From: Licmophora abbreviata
Taxonomy: Eukaryota
Length of the DNA: 35,889 nucleotides
Direction of reading: 5' to 3'
Assembly (NCBI GenBank): GCA_900291995.1
Contig: OLMU01002984.1
Location: 1 to 35,889 of the forward strand
The notes beneath the pieces are model-generated. The model was not told the DNA's origin. It worked only from the letters and a program-made list of their open reading frames with translations, and did no database searches. Shown here piece by piece: positions 9,685 to 21,572 of this stretch. Every line of letters starts with the position of its first letter. Within the stretch, counting starts at the first letter, position 1. Made by a program: the position numbers and the translations under genes.

Positions 9685-11157
9685 ATGAAATTCTCAATGA
9701 CCAAAAACCCCGTCTACCAGGTTGACTTCTGCGCAGCTGCCAGTGGAAAGCGCCTTTCTGCGACAAAGCGTCGCGTCCGCTTTCGTTTCGGTTTTTCGAA
9801 CGCTGAATCACTCGCTCAAGGTCTCAGCGGATCTCACTGCCGTGGAGAAGAACATGATGTCAGTCTTGTCTGGAGTCTCACCTCTGGAAAACGTCTTGTC
9901 TTGGCAGATGGCGAGGAAGTCCACTTCAGTCAAGGACGGCGCACCGATACCAAGTTCGAGACATCTTGGACCATAAGCGGAGGTCACGTCCTCAAGATTG
10001 TTGCTCATGCCACTCCTCCTCTTTTCAACACACCTGGATTTCGTCAGTTTGATCTGACTGTGGACGGACTGAGTTACTTCGAGATGCCCAAAATCTTCGA
10101 CCTCGGCGTCGAGAACTCCCGATGCATGATCCAGTCCAAGGAGACCTTCGCAGTCGCACCTGCCTACAGCAACTGCACCCTTCCTCGTCAGGAGAAGACA
10201 TGCTGGCAGCACGATGGAAAGAGTTATGCACTGCACCGCTCCGTCAATCCCACCGCTGACTCCTGGACTTCCATCGAGAAACACGATGCGCAACCTGCCC
10301 CTTCGGTTTCGCGCTATGAACCCATGCCAACCATGGTCACGCATGACCAGGTGGGTACCGGTACGCCTCCCTCCGTGATGGACGAGAGCTTCTTCTCATC
10401 AATACCCATGACTTACGACGAGTTTTCTCCCGTGGAACCCGTGACGCAGCCGCCCAGTGCCGCCATGGTGCACAACCAGATCTTGAGTGCCTATGGTGCA
10501 GCGCCGTCTACTAACTCACCCCGGGTGTTGCAGCTCGCCAGTGAGTCTCATACGTACCAGCAGCCCGTTGATATTCCTGAAACTCCGATGTACAAGCCAG
10601 CATCTATCATGTACCTTAACAAGTCGACTCCAGATGGAGCAGAGCCGCCGGTGCCAGCCCTCGTCACGCCGGACACAAGTCCTCCGCCGGGTGTATCGGC
10701 GACGTTGACCGTGATGGGTCCTCTTCAGATTTCCCAAGAGGAGCCAGGGTCCGAGCTGGAACGGGCCCTGACGAGTCTCGTCAACATAGACGATATTACC
10801 GTTCCGCTGAAGACTCCCGAGCAGCTCAAGAGAGAAAAAGAGAAGGAGAACGAGCTCAAACGTCGCCCAACGAGCCGGGGTCTGCCCCCTACGCCGTCTT
10901 CGTGGCACCTGGGCAGCACGCCATCTCTGAAGGACATCATGGAGAACGCCGAGCCTCGTGCTGCTCCTTCCAAGGAAGTGATGCGCACGCATGCGTTCGA
11001 TCCACATGCTGCGCAGGCCGGTATGCTCGTAGTTTACGGACACCAGCCGATTGCCTCGCATGGGTTCGGTGTCACGGCAGCGACTCGCGTGTCAGCTTAT
11101 AACCAGACGCAGTATGACCCGTCGTCGCAGCAGGGGCTGATGTATGCTGCGTACTGA
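9685..11157 (+). CDS. Protein with an N-terminal beta-rich FAIM-like domain and a long Pro/Ser-rich tail, ~490 aa
   Basis: Long ORF. EHDVSLVWSLTSGKRLVLADGEEV..FDLTVDGLSY resembles FAIM1 (HGTTSGKRVVYVDG..YTLEINGKS). The rest is low-complexity. The start is taken at ATG 9685 (9697 possible), not 9490. Confidence 0.75.
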   Translation: MKFSMTKNPVYQVDFCAAASGKRLSATKRRVRFRFGFSNAESLAQGLSGSHCRGEEHDVSLVWSLTSGKRLVLADGEEVHFSQGRRTDTKFETSWTISGGHVLKIVAHATPPLFNTPGFRQFDLTVDGLSYFEMPKIFDLGVENSRCMIQSKETFAVAPAYSNCTLPRQEKTCWQHDGKSYALHRSVNPTADSWTSIEKHDAQPAPSVSRYEPMPTMVTHDQVGTGTPPSVMDESFFSSIPMTYDEFSPVEPVTQPPSAAMVHNQILSAYGAAPSTNSPRVLQLASESHTYQQPVDIPETPMYKPASIMYLNKSTPDGAEPPVPALVTPDTSPPPGVSATLTVMGPLQISQEEPGSELERALTSLVNIDDITVPLKTPEQLKREKEKENELKRRPTSRGLPPTPSSWHLGSTPSLKDIMENAEPRAAPSKEVMRTHAFDPHAAQAGMLVVYGHQPIASHGFGVTAATRVSAYNQTQYDPSSQQGLMYAAY

Positions 11158-11527
11158 TTTCATCCGATGGTACTATCGGTATTTCGTATGTATGTTTTTT
11201 TAATTTGGACATGAGCAAACGACAGATTGATGTCAAGTTAAGTAGGGAAAGTAACTTAGGAATCTTTTCAATGTAATCCTTTGGACTTGAGTGGATCCCA
11301 AAGGTACTGTCCTTCGGTTGCTCCTCTATCTCCCAGCTCATCACAGTTTCGTTTCGCAGTACCAGTACCGACACTACCTGGTAGTAGAAAAAGTAGAACG
11401 TCAAAAGCTACTTTTACTCGACGAGCGATTTACGAAGTACATCCATTCGACTATGGCACAGTCGTCACCTTTCCCTCGACGCATTCAGTATTACAAACTG
11501 CAGGCAACTTGTTAATCTTTGTCGATG

Positions 11528-11959
11528 TCAATTATTGTCGTCTTGAGAGATCTTACTCAGAGCGGGTTGCAGGTCTCCGACGCTTGGGTCCTGCCGCTTT
11601 TCTCGTCGGAAGAGCAGTGGTGGTTGATTCCGGGGTGCAGGGGGTTCAGATAGCCCTTTATCGCCACCGCTCGTAGAGCGGGTGTGTCGATTCAGTAAGG
11701 GTGGTATATTGTGGGGGTCGTCATTATCGTCGTTCACTGGCGCCACCTTGAGACTGCTGATATTGGATATTCGCTTGGTTTCGACGGAGCAAAGATCGTC
11801 TTGCGGTTCCTGTCGCTGCAGCTGGGCGACATGAACAACAGCCGTTGACACTATCTCGGGATGCGTTAGCGAAAGGTGTTCCAAGATCACTCGAACTTGT
11901 TCCTCGGGAAGTCTCCTGAGCGTCTCGGCGAGACCGTCGTCGTCGTGCTCGCCCAGCAT
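11528..11959 (-). CDS. Hypothetical protein, ~143 aa
   Basis: ORF in an otherwise empty gap, with a helical-looking N-terminus (LAETLRRLPEEQVRVILEHLSLTHPEIV) and a disordered C-terminus. No family recognised. Confidence 0.45.
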   Translation of the reverse strand: MLGEHDDDGLAETLRRLPEEQVRVILEHLSLTHPEIVSTAVVHVAQLQRQEPQDDLCSVETKRISNISSLKVAPVNDDNDDPHNIPPLLNRHTRSTSGGDKGLSEPPAPRNQPPLLFRREKRQDPSVGDLQPALSKISQDDNN

Positions 11960-12258
11960 TTTCAAATTTACGTTTCAAAGCTCGGATCGACTGAGATTCC
12001 CTTTGTCAACGACGAGATTACAAAGGTTCGATGTGCGAAGGAGGAGAACGTAATGGATCAAAAATGGACTAGTTTGGGAATGACAACCGGTATTGAATGT
12101 GCAATACGTGCTCCACTTCATCGCAGCAGTTTGAAGTCGACCACAAACACAAGAAGCAAGCAAGATTGACGACTAACAGCTCATCAGCGTTCACTCTGAG
12201 TCTTGAAAGACGTCTGACCGTCAGACGTACAGATGCTCAACGATGGCTCCCTAAGTAT

Positions 12259-12290
12259 TACCGGTACCGGTACCGGTTTCGTACCCGGTA
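12259..12290. repeat. Tandem palindromic hexamer (TACCGG)x3 plus a degenerate copy
   Basis: TACCGGTACCGGTACCGGT-TTC-GTACCCGGTA in the intergenic region downstream of CPSF2. Confidence 0.8.
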
Positions 12291-12351
12291 GCTAGCGTAC
12301 GATCAGAATGAAAAGCAATTCCCAAACAATACAAAGTACCTAATGCAGCAT

Positions 12352-15315
12352 CTACAACGTCGCATATTGGTTCCGAACTGCTGCTTGGACGGTGAAAAAG
12401 TCCTCGCACAATGGCCCTTCAATATTGATCCGCCCCAAGTCTTGCTCCTTCTTGACAACCACTTTTCCATTCACAACAAGCTGCGCGTATCCGATACGAG
12501 TACTGTAGTTGGCCTTCATGCCTTGGGCGATCAGCTCCGAGCGGAGGTCGGTGAGGAGAACGTCCCCGTTGCTGACAAAGATCGGCTTCTGTGAGTGAGA
12601 CCGTCCTACTATTGGGAGCGGCGCCAACACCAACGAACCGTCCAGAGCAACCTTGCGCCCAGTTGCAACTCCATCAAAAAGACTCACTGTGCACTCCCCG
12701 AGCTGGGTCTCGAACGGTTCAATTGGAGCTGGTGACTCGTCGGTCTCGGTCTTGGAGGCCTTCTGTGTTTCCGTCAAGTACGGAGAATCAATCAAGCGCA
12801 CCGAGTACGCCGCGTGTCCCACGTTCAGTTCCGCTACCTCTCCATCAGTCGGAGAAAGTACAAGCCTATTCTCATTTACGTAAGAGCGTGCCGCCTCAAC
12901 AAGCAACATCACTTCGTCGCTGGCATTGCTATGTCCATCGCCAGATGTTCCGCCGAGAACCACGAGCTGCCGTGGCTGCAATGCACGAACAGACTGGCGA
13001 GCTACTCTTGCATTGACGCGACCTTCAAGCGGCACGTACGCAATTTCAGCAAGAACTTCAAGACGTCTGGAGACGACCGAGACTTTGATGGGGGGACGTC
13101 CATTCCGTCCACGGATAATCCCGGTTCCCTCGGACAGATCTTCCGCTTCCAGCGCTTGCTCGCTCATAATTTCAGGTTCGGCGTCGGGACCCGTCGGCTC
13201 CTGGAAAAAATTACGCAAGTGCGCGTAAGCAACAGCAACGGAAAACAGCTGAACGCAACCAGTCAAACAGAGACTTACATTCTCACCAGATGGTCCTTCT
13301 CTGGGCATTCCTTCTCCAGTCTTGGACGACAGCACTGGTCGACCATCCGCACCGAAGCCGAAGCCCCGACGAAGTACTTCTTCGCCAATACGCCCACTAC
13401 TCCCTGCGAATTTTGACGGGTCTACACCAGTCACGATATCGACAAACCTTTCCGGTTGAACGGCAATGCCATAGTCGTCCTCCAGCACCTCGCCAGATCT
13501 ACCGACAGACTCTCCGACGCCGTACCTGGCGATCGAATCTGCCTGTCCAATTCCAACTGCCTCCTCGCGAACTTCAAACGTCACTTCGTATTCAGGCGTG
13601 CACAATGACACGTTATGGACGTGAGTATTGTTATTCTTAAAGCGATGGCAATACCACAGCGATTGTCACTTACAATGAAGCGGTTTGCTAAACTTGAGAA
13701 AGAGATTTGAATCAAAGCGACTCTTCTTCTTTGGTCTTGAAGTCATAAGCTTTGCCGTCGTCTGGCTCCTAGTCCCACTGCTGCTGCTCCCGTCGACACC
13801 GGTCGCGTCTTCTTCTCCAAGACGAAGTTGGCCCTTGGCGATTTCGACTTCACGTAGCATGGCCCTCCGTTCCTGCGCTGCTTTTTCAGCTTGTCTCGTG
13901 GCCTCTTCTTGCGCTAAGAATGCCTTGAGCTCCGCACCTGCCAGTGGGGATCGATTAGGCAATACAATGTCAACCTCAACAACGTCCTCCATCTCGCGTC
14001 CTTCCAGCTTGGCACGCCCCCAATGCAGGAGCAGCTGGGCGGATGTCGAATATTCTGAGACTGCTTTGTCGATCGGAATGGCAGATCCGAACAACGTTTC
14101 CTCCCCTTCTTCTTCCGAAGTTGACAAGGGAGTCGTCGCGTCAACCATCTTTTCTGGGATATTTGCCCGCTGGACGCATCTGGAAGAATCGGTAAATATG
14201 ATTGCATGGTCTGGGTTATCGGCGAACTTAAGCATCACATCGCGCGCAAAGCCATGGTCGAGGCTGGCACCGGAGGCCAAAACACACGAGGGATTCCCAT
14301 TGTCGAGAATGGCTTCGAGTTCTGACATGGACGAGCATATCGAGACATTATTCAATTGAAAGGGGTGGCCTCGTTGTGAGTCGAACTGAGATCCCAGCGG
14401 CGACGCCATCCACTCGAGCTGACTTCGCGCGAAGTCGACAGTGTTTTCTGTCATAGGTCCCGCCCAACACAAGTTGTAGGCCCCCGCAAGTCTCTGTCGG
14501 TCCCACTGTTGGCTCAAGAGCAGCAAGAGTTCGAGGACTCGCCCACTGGCGTCAACTGGAAGTAAGACATTTCCTTCTCGTCTGAGAACGGCGAGAACCG
14601 TCTCGACAAGAGTTCGTTCGGCTTGTGAGACGACCGGTGTGGGCAGGAGGGGATTTTTCGTTCCGTAGAGTTCGGACAGGAATGACATGGCAGGACCTCC
14701 GGGTCGTGTGATCAACACATCTGGCGTGGCTCCGTACTTTACCAATGTCGAGCTATCAAGATGCAGTTCCTTGCCAATATTGTAGGTGCTCGTAATGACG
14801 ACAGAGGTTTCATCCTGCAGTCTCTGGATGACATAGAACGCCCCTCCCACAACATGTCCTGCTCTCTGAGCGGTAAGGGATAGCGCCGGTTTCAATGTGT
14901 CGGGGTGGTGTACGATGACATGCTGTGAATACTTGATCGTGTGAAGCGCTGTGCATGCTTCGTCGAGCTCCTCGAGCGTGTACGGCGGAGTGTTCCCGTC
15001 CAGACTCAGACTAGCGTGGTGATCGTAGAGAGTCATTTGTCCCATCTTGACCGTTGGAAATGTCGCGTAGACATGGTGTGAAGGACATTGCTTGTGGTAG
15101 AGAGGAAGGCCGCCCATGGAGCCGAGCGTCGAGTCGGTCAAAACTAGTGCCTGGTGGTCTGGGAGTTCGGGAAACTCAGATTTCGGCATGGAATCGTCCC
15201 ATCCGATGTTAACGAGCACACTCACTCCGCCATACTCAACCAGAGTACACGATGGCTGGTGTGCTGCCCCCAGTTTGTCCTGTCGACTGCCGTAAATGGG
15301 CCTCACGCGCAACAT
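12352..15315 (-). CDS. CPSF2: Cleavage and polyadenylation specificity factor subunit 2 (CPSF100), ~957 aa, 2 exons
   Basis: complement(join(12352..13583,13674..15315)); intron GTAAGT..TACGAAG. Inactive metallo-beta-lactamase/beta-CASP motifs: YATFPTVKMGQMTLYD, AGHVVGG, LRREGNVLLPVDASGRVLELL, ARSQLEWM, HPFQL. C-terminus has LTDLRSELIAQG and IEGPLCEDFFTVQAAVRNQY. Confidence 0.93.
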
Positions 15316-15675
15316 GGTCAGTTACCGGAACTGGTACGCTTGGGGAGAGAGATTGAATTGTTTTTTGTTGGTCATGCGTTGTTCACTGTGCGGTCAACCG
15401 GAGACACAGACAAAATTGAGATCTTTCGAGTTGAAAGCAGGGCACCAATTCAAAGCCTCTGCCAAAGATCCGCGATCTTTGTGACAGCCCAAGCACATTT
15501 CGAATCAGTACATCCCGCGTAGAGCTTTACGATAAATATTAAATTTGAAACTGGGCGAGCCGACGCAGAGCCGGCGAGCGTCGAGTCGAGTCTGCGCACC
15601 ACCCACTCATCATTCGCACTCGCACAAAATTCAGCGAGTTTCGAATTGAGAAACGGGATCAAAGTTTGATCGACA

Positions 15676-18600
15676 ATGACGGAAGAACAGCCGCCGTCTG
15701 CAATGGCCGGCGCAAATGGCTCCGCAGAGATGGAGCAAGAAATCGTGATACCGCCCAAAAGCGAAGAAGTGAAATCGGAAGACATCAAGGACCCCGCCGG
15801 ATCCGTTGAGATTGTAAAATGTAAGTCCGGCCCAATCGTCATGAAATTTGGTTCCCGTCACATCGACCCCGCGGCGGGGGGCAACGTGAGATATGAATCG
15901 ATCGCTGTGCAGATACGCGCTTTTGAATGGCTTGAGTTCTCAATCCGTCATTGCTCTCTCGGTCTCTATCTTTTTCGAAATAGCGCCGACGCTACCAAGC
16001 CATAGAAACTCGTCGAGATACGGTGTATCTCACTACCATGACCATTTCAGTCTTCCTCTCCCGTCCTCGACCATCCGCTTCCGCTCTTCGGCCGTCTCCC
16101 ATCGAGTCTACGAGAGCAAGGATAGCCAGTTTGTGCTAGAACAGGACCCTGACAGGATTACAGTAAAGAAAATGAGCGATGGCACCACCTCGCTCATGTT
16201 TCTTCGTGGTGTCTACAGTCTGCAGTGCCTCTTCTTCAGTAAGCGCGTGAAACGCACCCTTGAAGTTTGTTCTCGGCAACCCACTTACAAATTCCATGTT
16301 GCAATTTATTCTCTTTTGTAGCTGCGTTCCTCGTCGCTTTCTCGGTCCAGATCCTCTTGTTCTTGGTGTTGGATCTTACCATCGACGTGGGTGCCACCTC
16401 ACAGGTAAGCAAAGCAGCTGACGCATTGAAGAGCTTTCTAAATTGCAGCTCAAAGCTAGTCGCGGTGCCAAAACTTTTGTAACACGTAGGAAGGTGATGC
16501 GGGAAAAGCAGCCGGCGTGATTTTATCATTTCCCGTTTACGTGTTTGGGTTGGCGTCTGCTCTTGTGCTCGCAGGCGCATACACTGCCGACACATGGGGC
16601 GGGTCCTATCTTATCCGGACCTTTGTTTTTGGTCGCTACAGCGAAGTGGCGACAGCATGGATCACCTTTGTGGTATTTCTGGGGATCCCGTTGACCGTCA
16701 TGGCATTTTCGCTCTTTTCCGGGACCAAGGAGTGGTGGACCATTACACTCATGACTTGGTTCGGGTGCATCGGCTTCTTCTACGTCTTCTTCTGCGTCGC
16801 TGTCGTAGCCTTCGAAATGTACGCGTGTCTTGAAGTTATGAAGAACCAATTTGAAGATGACAAAGACGATATCTTCTCTTTGATGAGACGCTCGATTGTG
16901 CTCCGTGAGGTACATACCTACTGCGGAAGTCGAAGCCAGCTTTACCTTGCCAGGGGAGCTCTGGAAGACCCCACGTCCAACGAGGAAGAGACGATCCTAC
17001 ATGAGAGTGTACGTCGAAGCGTTGGTCTCTATTCCAGGTTCACGACTTGGAGGCGCACGTCTTGGATTTATGAAAAGCTCGACGAACCTGGTGAGCGGAC
17101 ATACACCATCGAAGATGCACGCGGTCTTCGACCATTCGTTACGAGGCATACTTGGAGTCTTGAGAAGCTGTACTGTCGCCCCAGGAATTCACGTTACGTC
17201 GCCGTTGTCGACGGACCGGCGGCTGTGACGCGCGCCCAGATGAGGAGCAACGTCGTCTGTGCAGTCATTGGAAACGTCATTGTCGTTTTACTGATTGCCT
17301 CGTTCCTGGCCTGGATAGAACTCGGCTGGCAATTCATTCTAATCGTTTTGATTCTCGTGGCGATTTTTGCGTATCCGAATCTTCGCCAGTCTTGGAGAAT
17401 TTCGAACATGACCAAGGATCTCATCATGGCGCGCAATTCCTGTAAGGACGATCCCGAAAGGGCGCAGAAGGAAGATTGGACGAATTCCGACGGTTCTAAA
17501 GAGAGCGCTGGTCTCTTTCAGGTATGGGAGTCGTACCGCATCTCTAAGCCCAAGGAGTATATTTGCTGGACTACTTTCGCCCTCGAGGTCATTTTGTTCT
17601 TGATTTGGCCGTTTGTATCCCTCTGTGCGTCTGAAAACTGGGCGATTGCAGTACTCTTCTTCTTCATCGGCTTATTTTCGTTCCTTCGCTACTATTTCAA
17701 CGCCGCTATTGTTCTCGAAGAGGTCGGCGATCTCGACTATATCAAGGGCGACACGGAACTAGAGCGGTGGCAGAAGCGCGCCAGAGTAAACGACATTGTC
17801 GGCAATATCACGAGGGGCAGCAGTCGTCGCGGCTGGCTCATGGTAATGAGTTTTTTCCTGTTCGTTTTCTTTGCGCTCTTCCTTGGCGCAATCGCGTTCG
17901 GCCAGGAGGATACGTCCTCTGACGTTAAATTCAACTACCAGCCTGGCTTCTTTTACGAACAACAGGAAGATCTGCCTTACCCCACTTGTGTCTTTGGGAA
18001 AGGGCTGGAAGGGGGGATCGAGACAGATAACCAAACCACCGGTCAAGCGATGGCAGACTACGTGTATATAGCCGGTTTGGCCTATCGAAGTGACACAATA
18101 ACACAGGACGAGCTCGACAGCTGGTTTGGTCCGGGCGTTGCGGAGAATCAACCTGACGTGGTTGCCACTTTCCGCTCGGTCAACAATCTAACGTCGCCCG
18201 TGTCTTACAAGCTTATAACATTCGACACCAACGCTCTCATCGCCATCCGAGGGACCTCTAGCCCGTGGGACATGTTTGCTGATGCGCAGCTGTGGAGTGC
18301 AGCTGCCTGTATGCAGATCGTGCGGTGGCTGATGCCTGCTGGGCATGCGTTCACTCCCATATTTCACCATCTGGTTCACATTGTCTCATGGCTCGAGTCT
18401 GACAGTATCGCACGAGTCTCCTTCTACAAGGAGACTCGGGCGTTTGCTGAGGCACTCAAGGCAAACGAATCATTAACAAGCGTGCAAGTGACCGGACATT
18501 CATTGGGTGGGGGACTAAGCATCATCACCGGCGCCCAGGCCAACATTCCGGCGATCGCGTTGTCGGGTCCGAACGCCATGATCTCGCGTGACACGTTTGA

Positions 18601-18901
18601 TCCTCCTGTAACGGTCGATGCATTGGACAGTCTCACCTTCAATATCATCCCTGAACGCGATGTAGTGCCAATGTTCGATGATAAGGCAAATCTGTATCAG
18701 AACATTAAGTGCAGGGCTCCGTTTAACGACTTTATCGGCTGTCACGATTCAACGCGTTCCCTGTGCGAGGTGATGACTACCTGCGGCACTCGAGGCAGGC
18801 CTTCTCTTTGCGAATGTGTGTACCAGTACGGATTTCCCGAGCCGAAACCGCTTGAAGGGACAAATGTGACCTTTGCGAAGGCCTGTGGGGTTGAAGAGTA
18901 A
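15676..18901 (+). CDS. Multi-pass membrane protein with C-terminal class-3 lipase (alpha/beta hydrolase) domain, ~964 aa, 4 exons
   Basis: join(15676..15820,15984..16238,16322..16404,16490..18901); phases close with GT..AG introns. About 9-10 hydrophobic segments, then IAIRGT, VTGHSLGGG, ALSGPN, FNIIPERDVVP and GCH, giving a Ser-Asp-His triad. Confidence 0.88.
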
Positions 18902-19272
18902 GAAGGAGAAAGTAGCAGGGTTGTATCGATCAAACACTGGGCTGTCGTGACAACGGCTAGTGAGGCGATGGGGCCCTAGAAACGACGAGAGCCTGAAAGG
19001 AACTACGACACTGCTCATCCTTGCTTATTTAAACAGTAAATGTGAACGATTTGTGAAGGCTATCCTACGACGTAGATCGATGTCTTCAGGAGATTTACAG
19101 CCGTCAACCCGCCATGAGCATGATAACGACTTAGTCAAAGTTGGATATTCGTGGACCGAATCGTGTGTTTAACGATAAAACAAATTAAATGGCCATAGAC
19201 GGCTTACTTCTCGCCACCGCGATGCACCGATTTCTCGGCCTACCGTCATTTCATCCAATTCCTCTTCTTATT

Positions 19273-20961
19273 TTAAGATGAGTCATCTTCCTCGAGCCAG
19301 CCATACCGGTACGCCATACCGTTTCCAAACATGGACAAAATCATGGCCCCTCTTAAATCCAATGTTCCATTGGCCACACCCTCTCGAATAATCTGGTTTG
19401 CTATCATCTGTCTATCCTCCGGGGCGGCGGCAGAAAGGCGAAGGCGAACTTCGTCCATATCCAAGGTTGGAAGATGACGAACGTCGTCATCGTCAACGGG
19501 GCGATGAAAAGGGATATTCCGTTCTCCATCCGGTGCCATATCCAAACCCGGGAACTGACGGTTAAGATCTGGAGCGAGGTCGAACACAACTGTATCATCC
19601 AGAGTTCCGCCCTCCTGAGTTGAGTAGCCACCATGCACGACGACGTAACCTTCGTTCTCAAGCACAGCAGCAGCAGCAGTGAATCTAGGCAGAGGACGCC
19701 AGCGCATCGTAGGCCGCACGAATGAATCGGTTCTCAGATCGTAGCCTAGTACTCCATTTGTCGACGGGTGGCCTGATCCAAACGCCAAAAGCACAGTGTC
19801 GAGCGTCACGCGAAGGCCAACGTGGCAACGTCCGAGTACCAGGCATTCGGAGGGCATCAATTCGGAAACGGGCACTTCCGACGTCGAGTCGTTTTCATCG
19901 CTGTCGGTCTCCTCATTCTGGTTTTTGTAAAGCATCTGCCATGTCCAAGGGAGCGAGGCTACCAAATCCGACTTAACGTCGGAGCCGAATTCAAGCTGCC
20001 ATACTGTGGTCATGTCGGTTCCTGACCGCAAAAGATCTGAACCGGACCCGCCGCCGAATAGCACAAGGCGGTTGCGTCGTTGATCCAACACCGTCGAATG
20101 ACCGTGTCTCCCACTTGGCTTGTTCTCGCCACTAAGACTATTTTCGATCCATGTCCAAGTCTGCGTGTCTAGAATTGCCTCATGCAGAATCGATCCGCTA
20201 GCAGTCATGCCACCCACAATGAGTAGGTATCGGCTCTGTAGGAGAGTGGCGGTGTGATAGGCACGGGCACGCGGTACCTTAGTCCCTGCGACCGCTTTCG
20301 TTTCCCACCGAAACGATCGTCGCTGGTTTTCATCGACGCTCATGGTCAAAAGGCACACTTCGTTGGTCTCACCCGAATATCCTCCAGCCCGAAAACCTCC
20401 AAAGCGGACGGCTTGGTTCTCGTCAAGCGCAGTCAATGACGCTCCGTAGACGAAAGACGGCTCGCCGCCCCGAGGCGCATGCCCCGTCCAATCTCTCTGC
20501 ATGCCTTGTGCAGGTTGGACAGACAGCGTGTATACACAGTGGTCGTCGCAGTAACCACCAGTCGTAACAATTTGGCGATCGTCCGACTGCCCCAAGATAG
20601 TCATGAGATGCCCCTCTCTTGCGTCGGGTCGCCGACCTCCATTGTGGTCTTGACTAAGAACAGGACACCATCGAATCGTCGACAAGTCGTTGGAATACGC
20701 CACAGTCAAAACCTTTTGCTTGATGGCACCTACCGATAAACCTGCTGGTACAGTTGATGATTGTACAGAGGAAGACTCACCAGCACTAGTTGTCGGAGGC
20801 AGAGCCGTATCGGTGTCCCTCGAGAACAGAAGATGCCAAACCGTTCTTGACTCTCCAATCTGTTCGCGAAATCGAGTGCTGCTACACGCCAGGGCCAAAA
20901 TATCTGGAACATGGAGAAACAGAGCCACCTGGCAACACAGATCATCGGGAAGATCCTCCAT
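19273..20961 (-). CDS. F-box / Kelch-repeat protein, 562 aa
   Basis: N-terminal F-box-like MEDLPDDLCCQVALFLHVPDILALACSSTRFR..VWHLLF. Kelch repeats AREGH..TGGY, RFGGF, PRARAYHTA..IVGG, PSGRHGHS..LFGGG and PRFTAAA..VHGGY. Upstream is a probable 5'UTR intron 21043..21101 (GTATGA..poly-T..CCCAG) with an in-frame stop before it. Confidence 0.85.
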   Translation of the reverse strand: MEDLPDDLCCQVALFLHVPDILALACSSTRFREQIGESRTVWHLLFSRDTDTALPPTTSAGESSSVQSSTVPAGLSVGAIKQKVLTVAYSNDLSTIRWCPVLSQDHNGGRRPDAREGHLMTILGQSDDRQIVTTGGYCDDHCVYTLSVQPAQGMQRDWTGHAPRGGEPSFVYGASLTALDENQAVRFGGFRAGGYSGETNEVCLLTMSVDENQRRSFRWETKAVAGTKVPRARAYHTATLLQSRYLLIVGGMTASGSILHEAILDTQTWTWIENSLSGENKPSGRHGHSTVLDQRRNRLVLFGGGSGSDLLRSGTDMTTVWQLEFGSDVKSDLVASLPWTWQMLYKNQNEETDSDENDSTSEVPVSELMPSECLVLGRCHVGLRVTLDTVLLAFGSGHPSTNGVLGYDLRTDSFVRPTMRWRPLPRFTAAAAVLENEGYVVVHGGYSTQEGGTLDDTVVFDLAPDLNRQFPGLDMAPDGERNIPFHRPVDDDDVRHLPTLDMDEVRLRLSAAAPEDRQMIANQIIREGVANGTLDLRGAMILSMFGNGMAYRYGWLEEDDSS

Positions 20962-21572
20962 TCCGCCGCGACCTACTTGTACTGTATCATGTATCACACC
21001 AGAGCACCACCATCGTGGACGCACGTGGGGTTTTTTTTTCGACTGGGAAAAAAACAAAAAACAAAAAAAATTGGAGAGCGCTGGAGCGTATGATATCATA
21101 CATGTTATCGTATGTAGCTCAAGGAGCGCGCGACCGCGACTTCATCACAGTAGCTCATAACCCTCCTATAACTTCACATCATCTCTTCACACAAAACGCC
21201 AACACCATCATGGAACGACAGTCGAGAACAGAGAGATTGAAGAAGAAGAGAGAGTGTGACGCGAAACGCCGTGAATGCAGAATGACTCTCGTGTTCATGT
21301 AGAGTCAGTTGTCTTGTCAAAACTCAGTCTGACCGAGCAGGTTAAACTTATATCTGGTCGATGTCGGCGACTTCTAAGAATTTCTTGCGATGTCACTCAC
21401 TTCATCACACTCTCATCACATTCTAGAACTGTTACTGATGACGTGTCATGAGGTCAACGAGCCCCGAAAACCAGCCTGAACCACCACATTTGACTACGCT
21501 CTGCTTTCCTTTTCGACAAATACCTAATGCCTTACACACCTTATACCTGATAACTACCTCACAAAAGAAACG

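Noticed and set aside
13685..14359. Long antisense ORFs (e.g. 13685..14359, 12814..13416, 30712..31284, 10516..11061)
   Set aside because: They lie opposite well-supported genes, show no recognisable motifs, and are explained as codon-bias shadows.
21030..21072. Poly-T/poly-A tracts as a retroelement tail or terminator
   Set aside because: The A-rich part is best explained as the polypyrimidine tract of a minus-strand 5'UTR intron (21043..21101) of the F-box gene. There is no target-site duplication.
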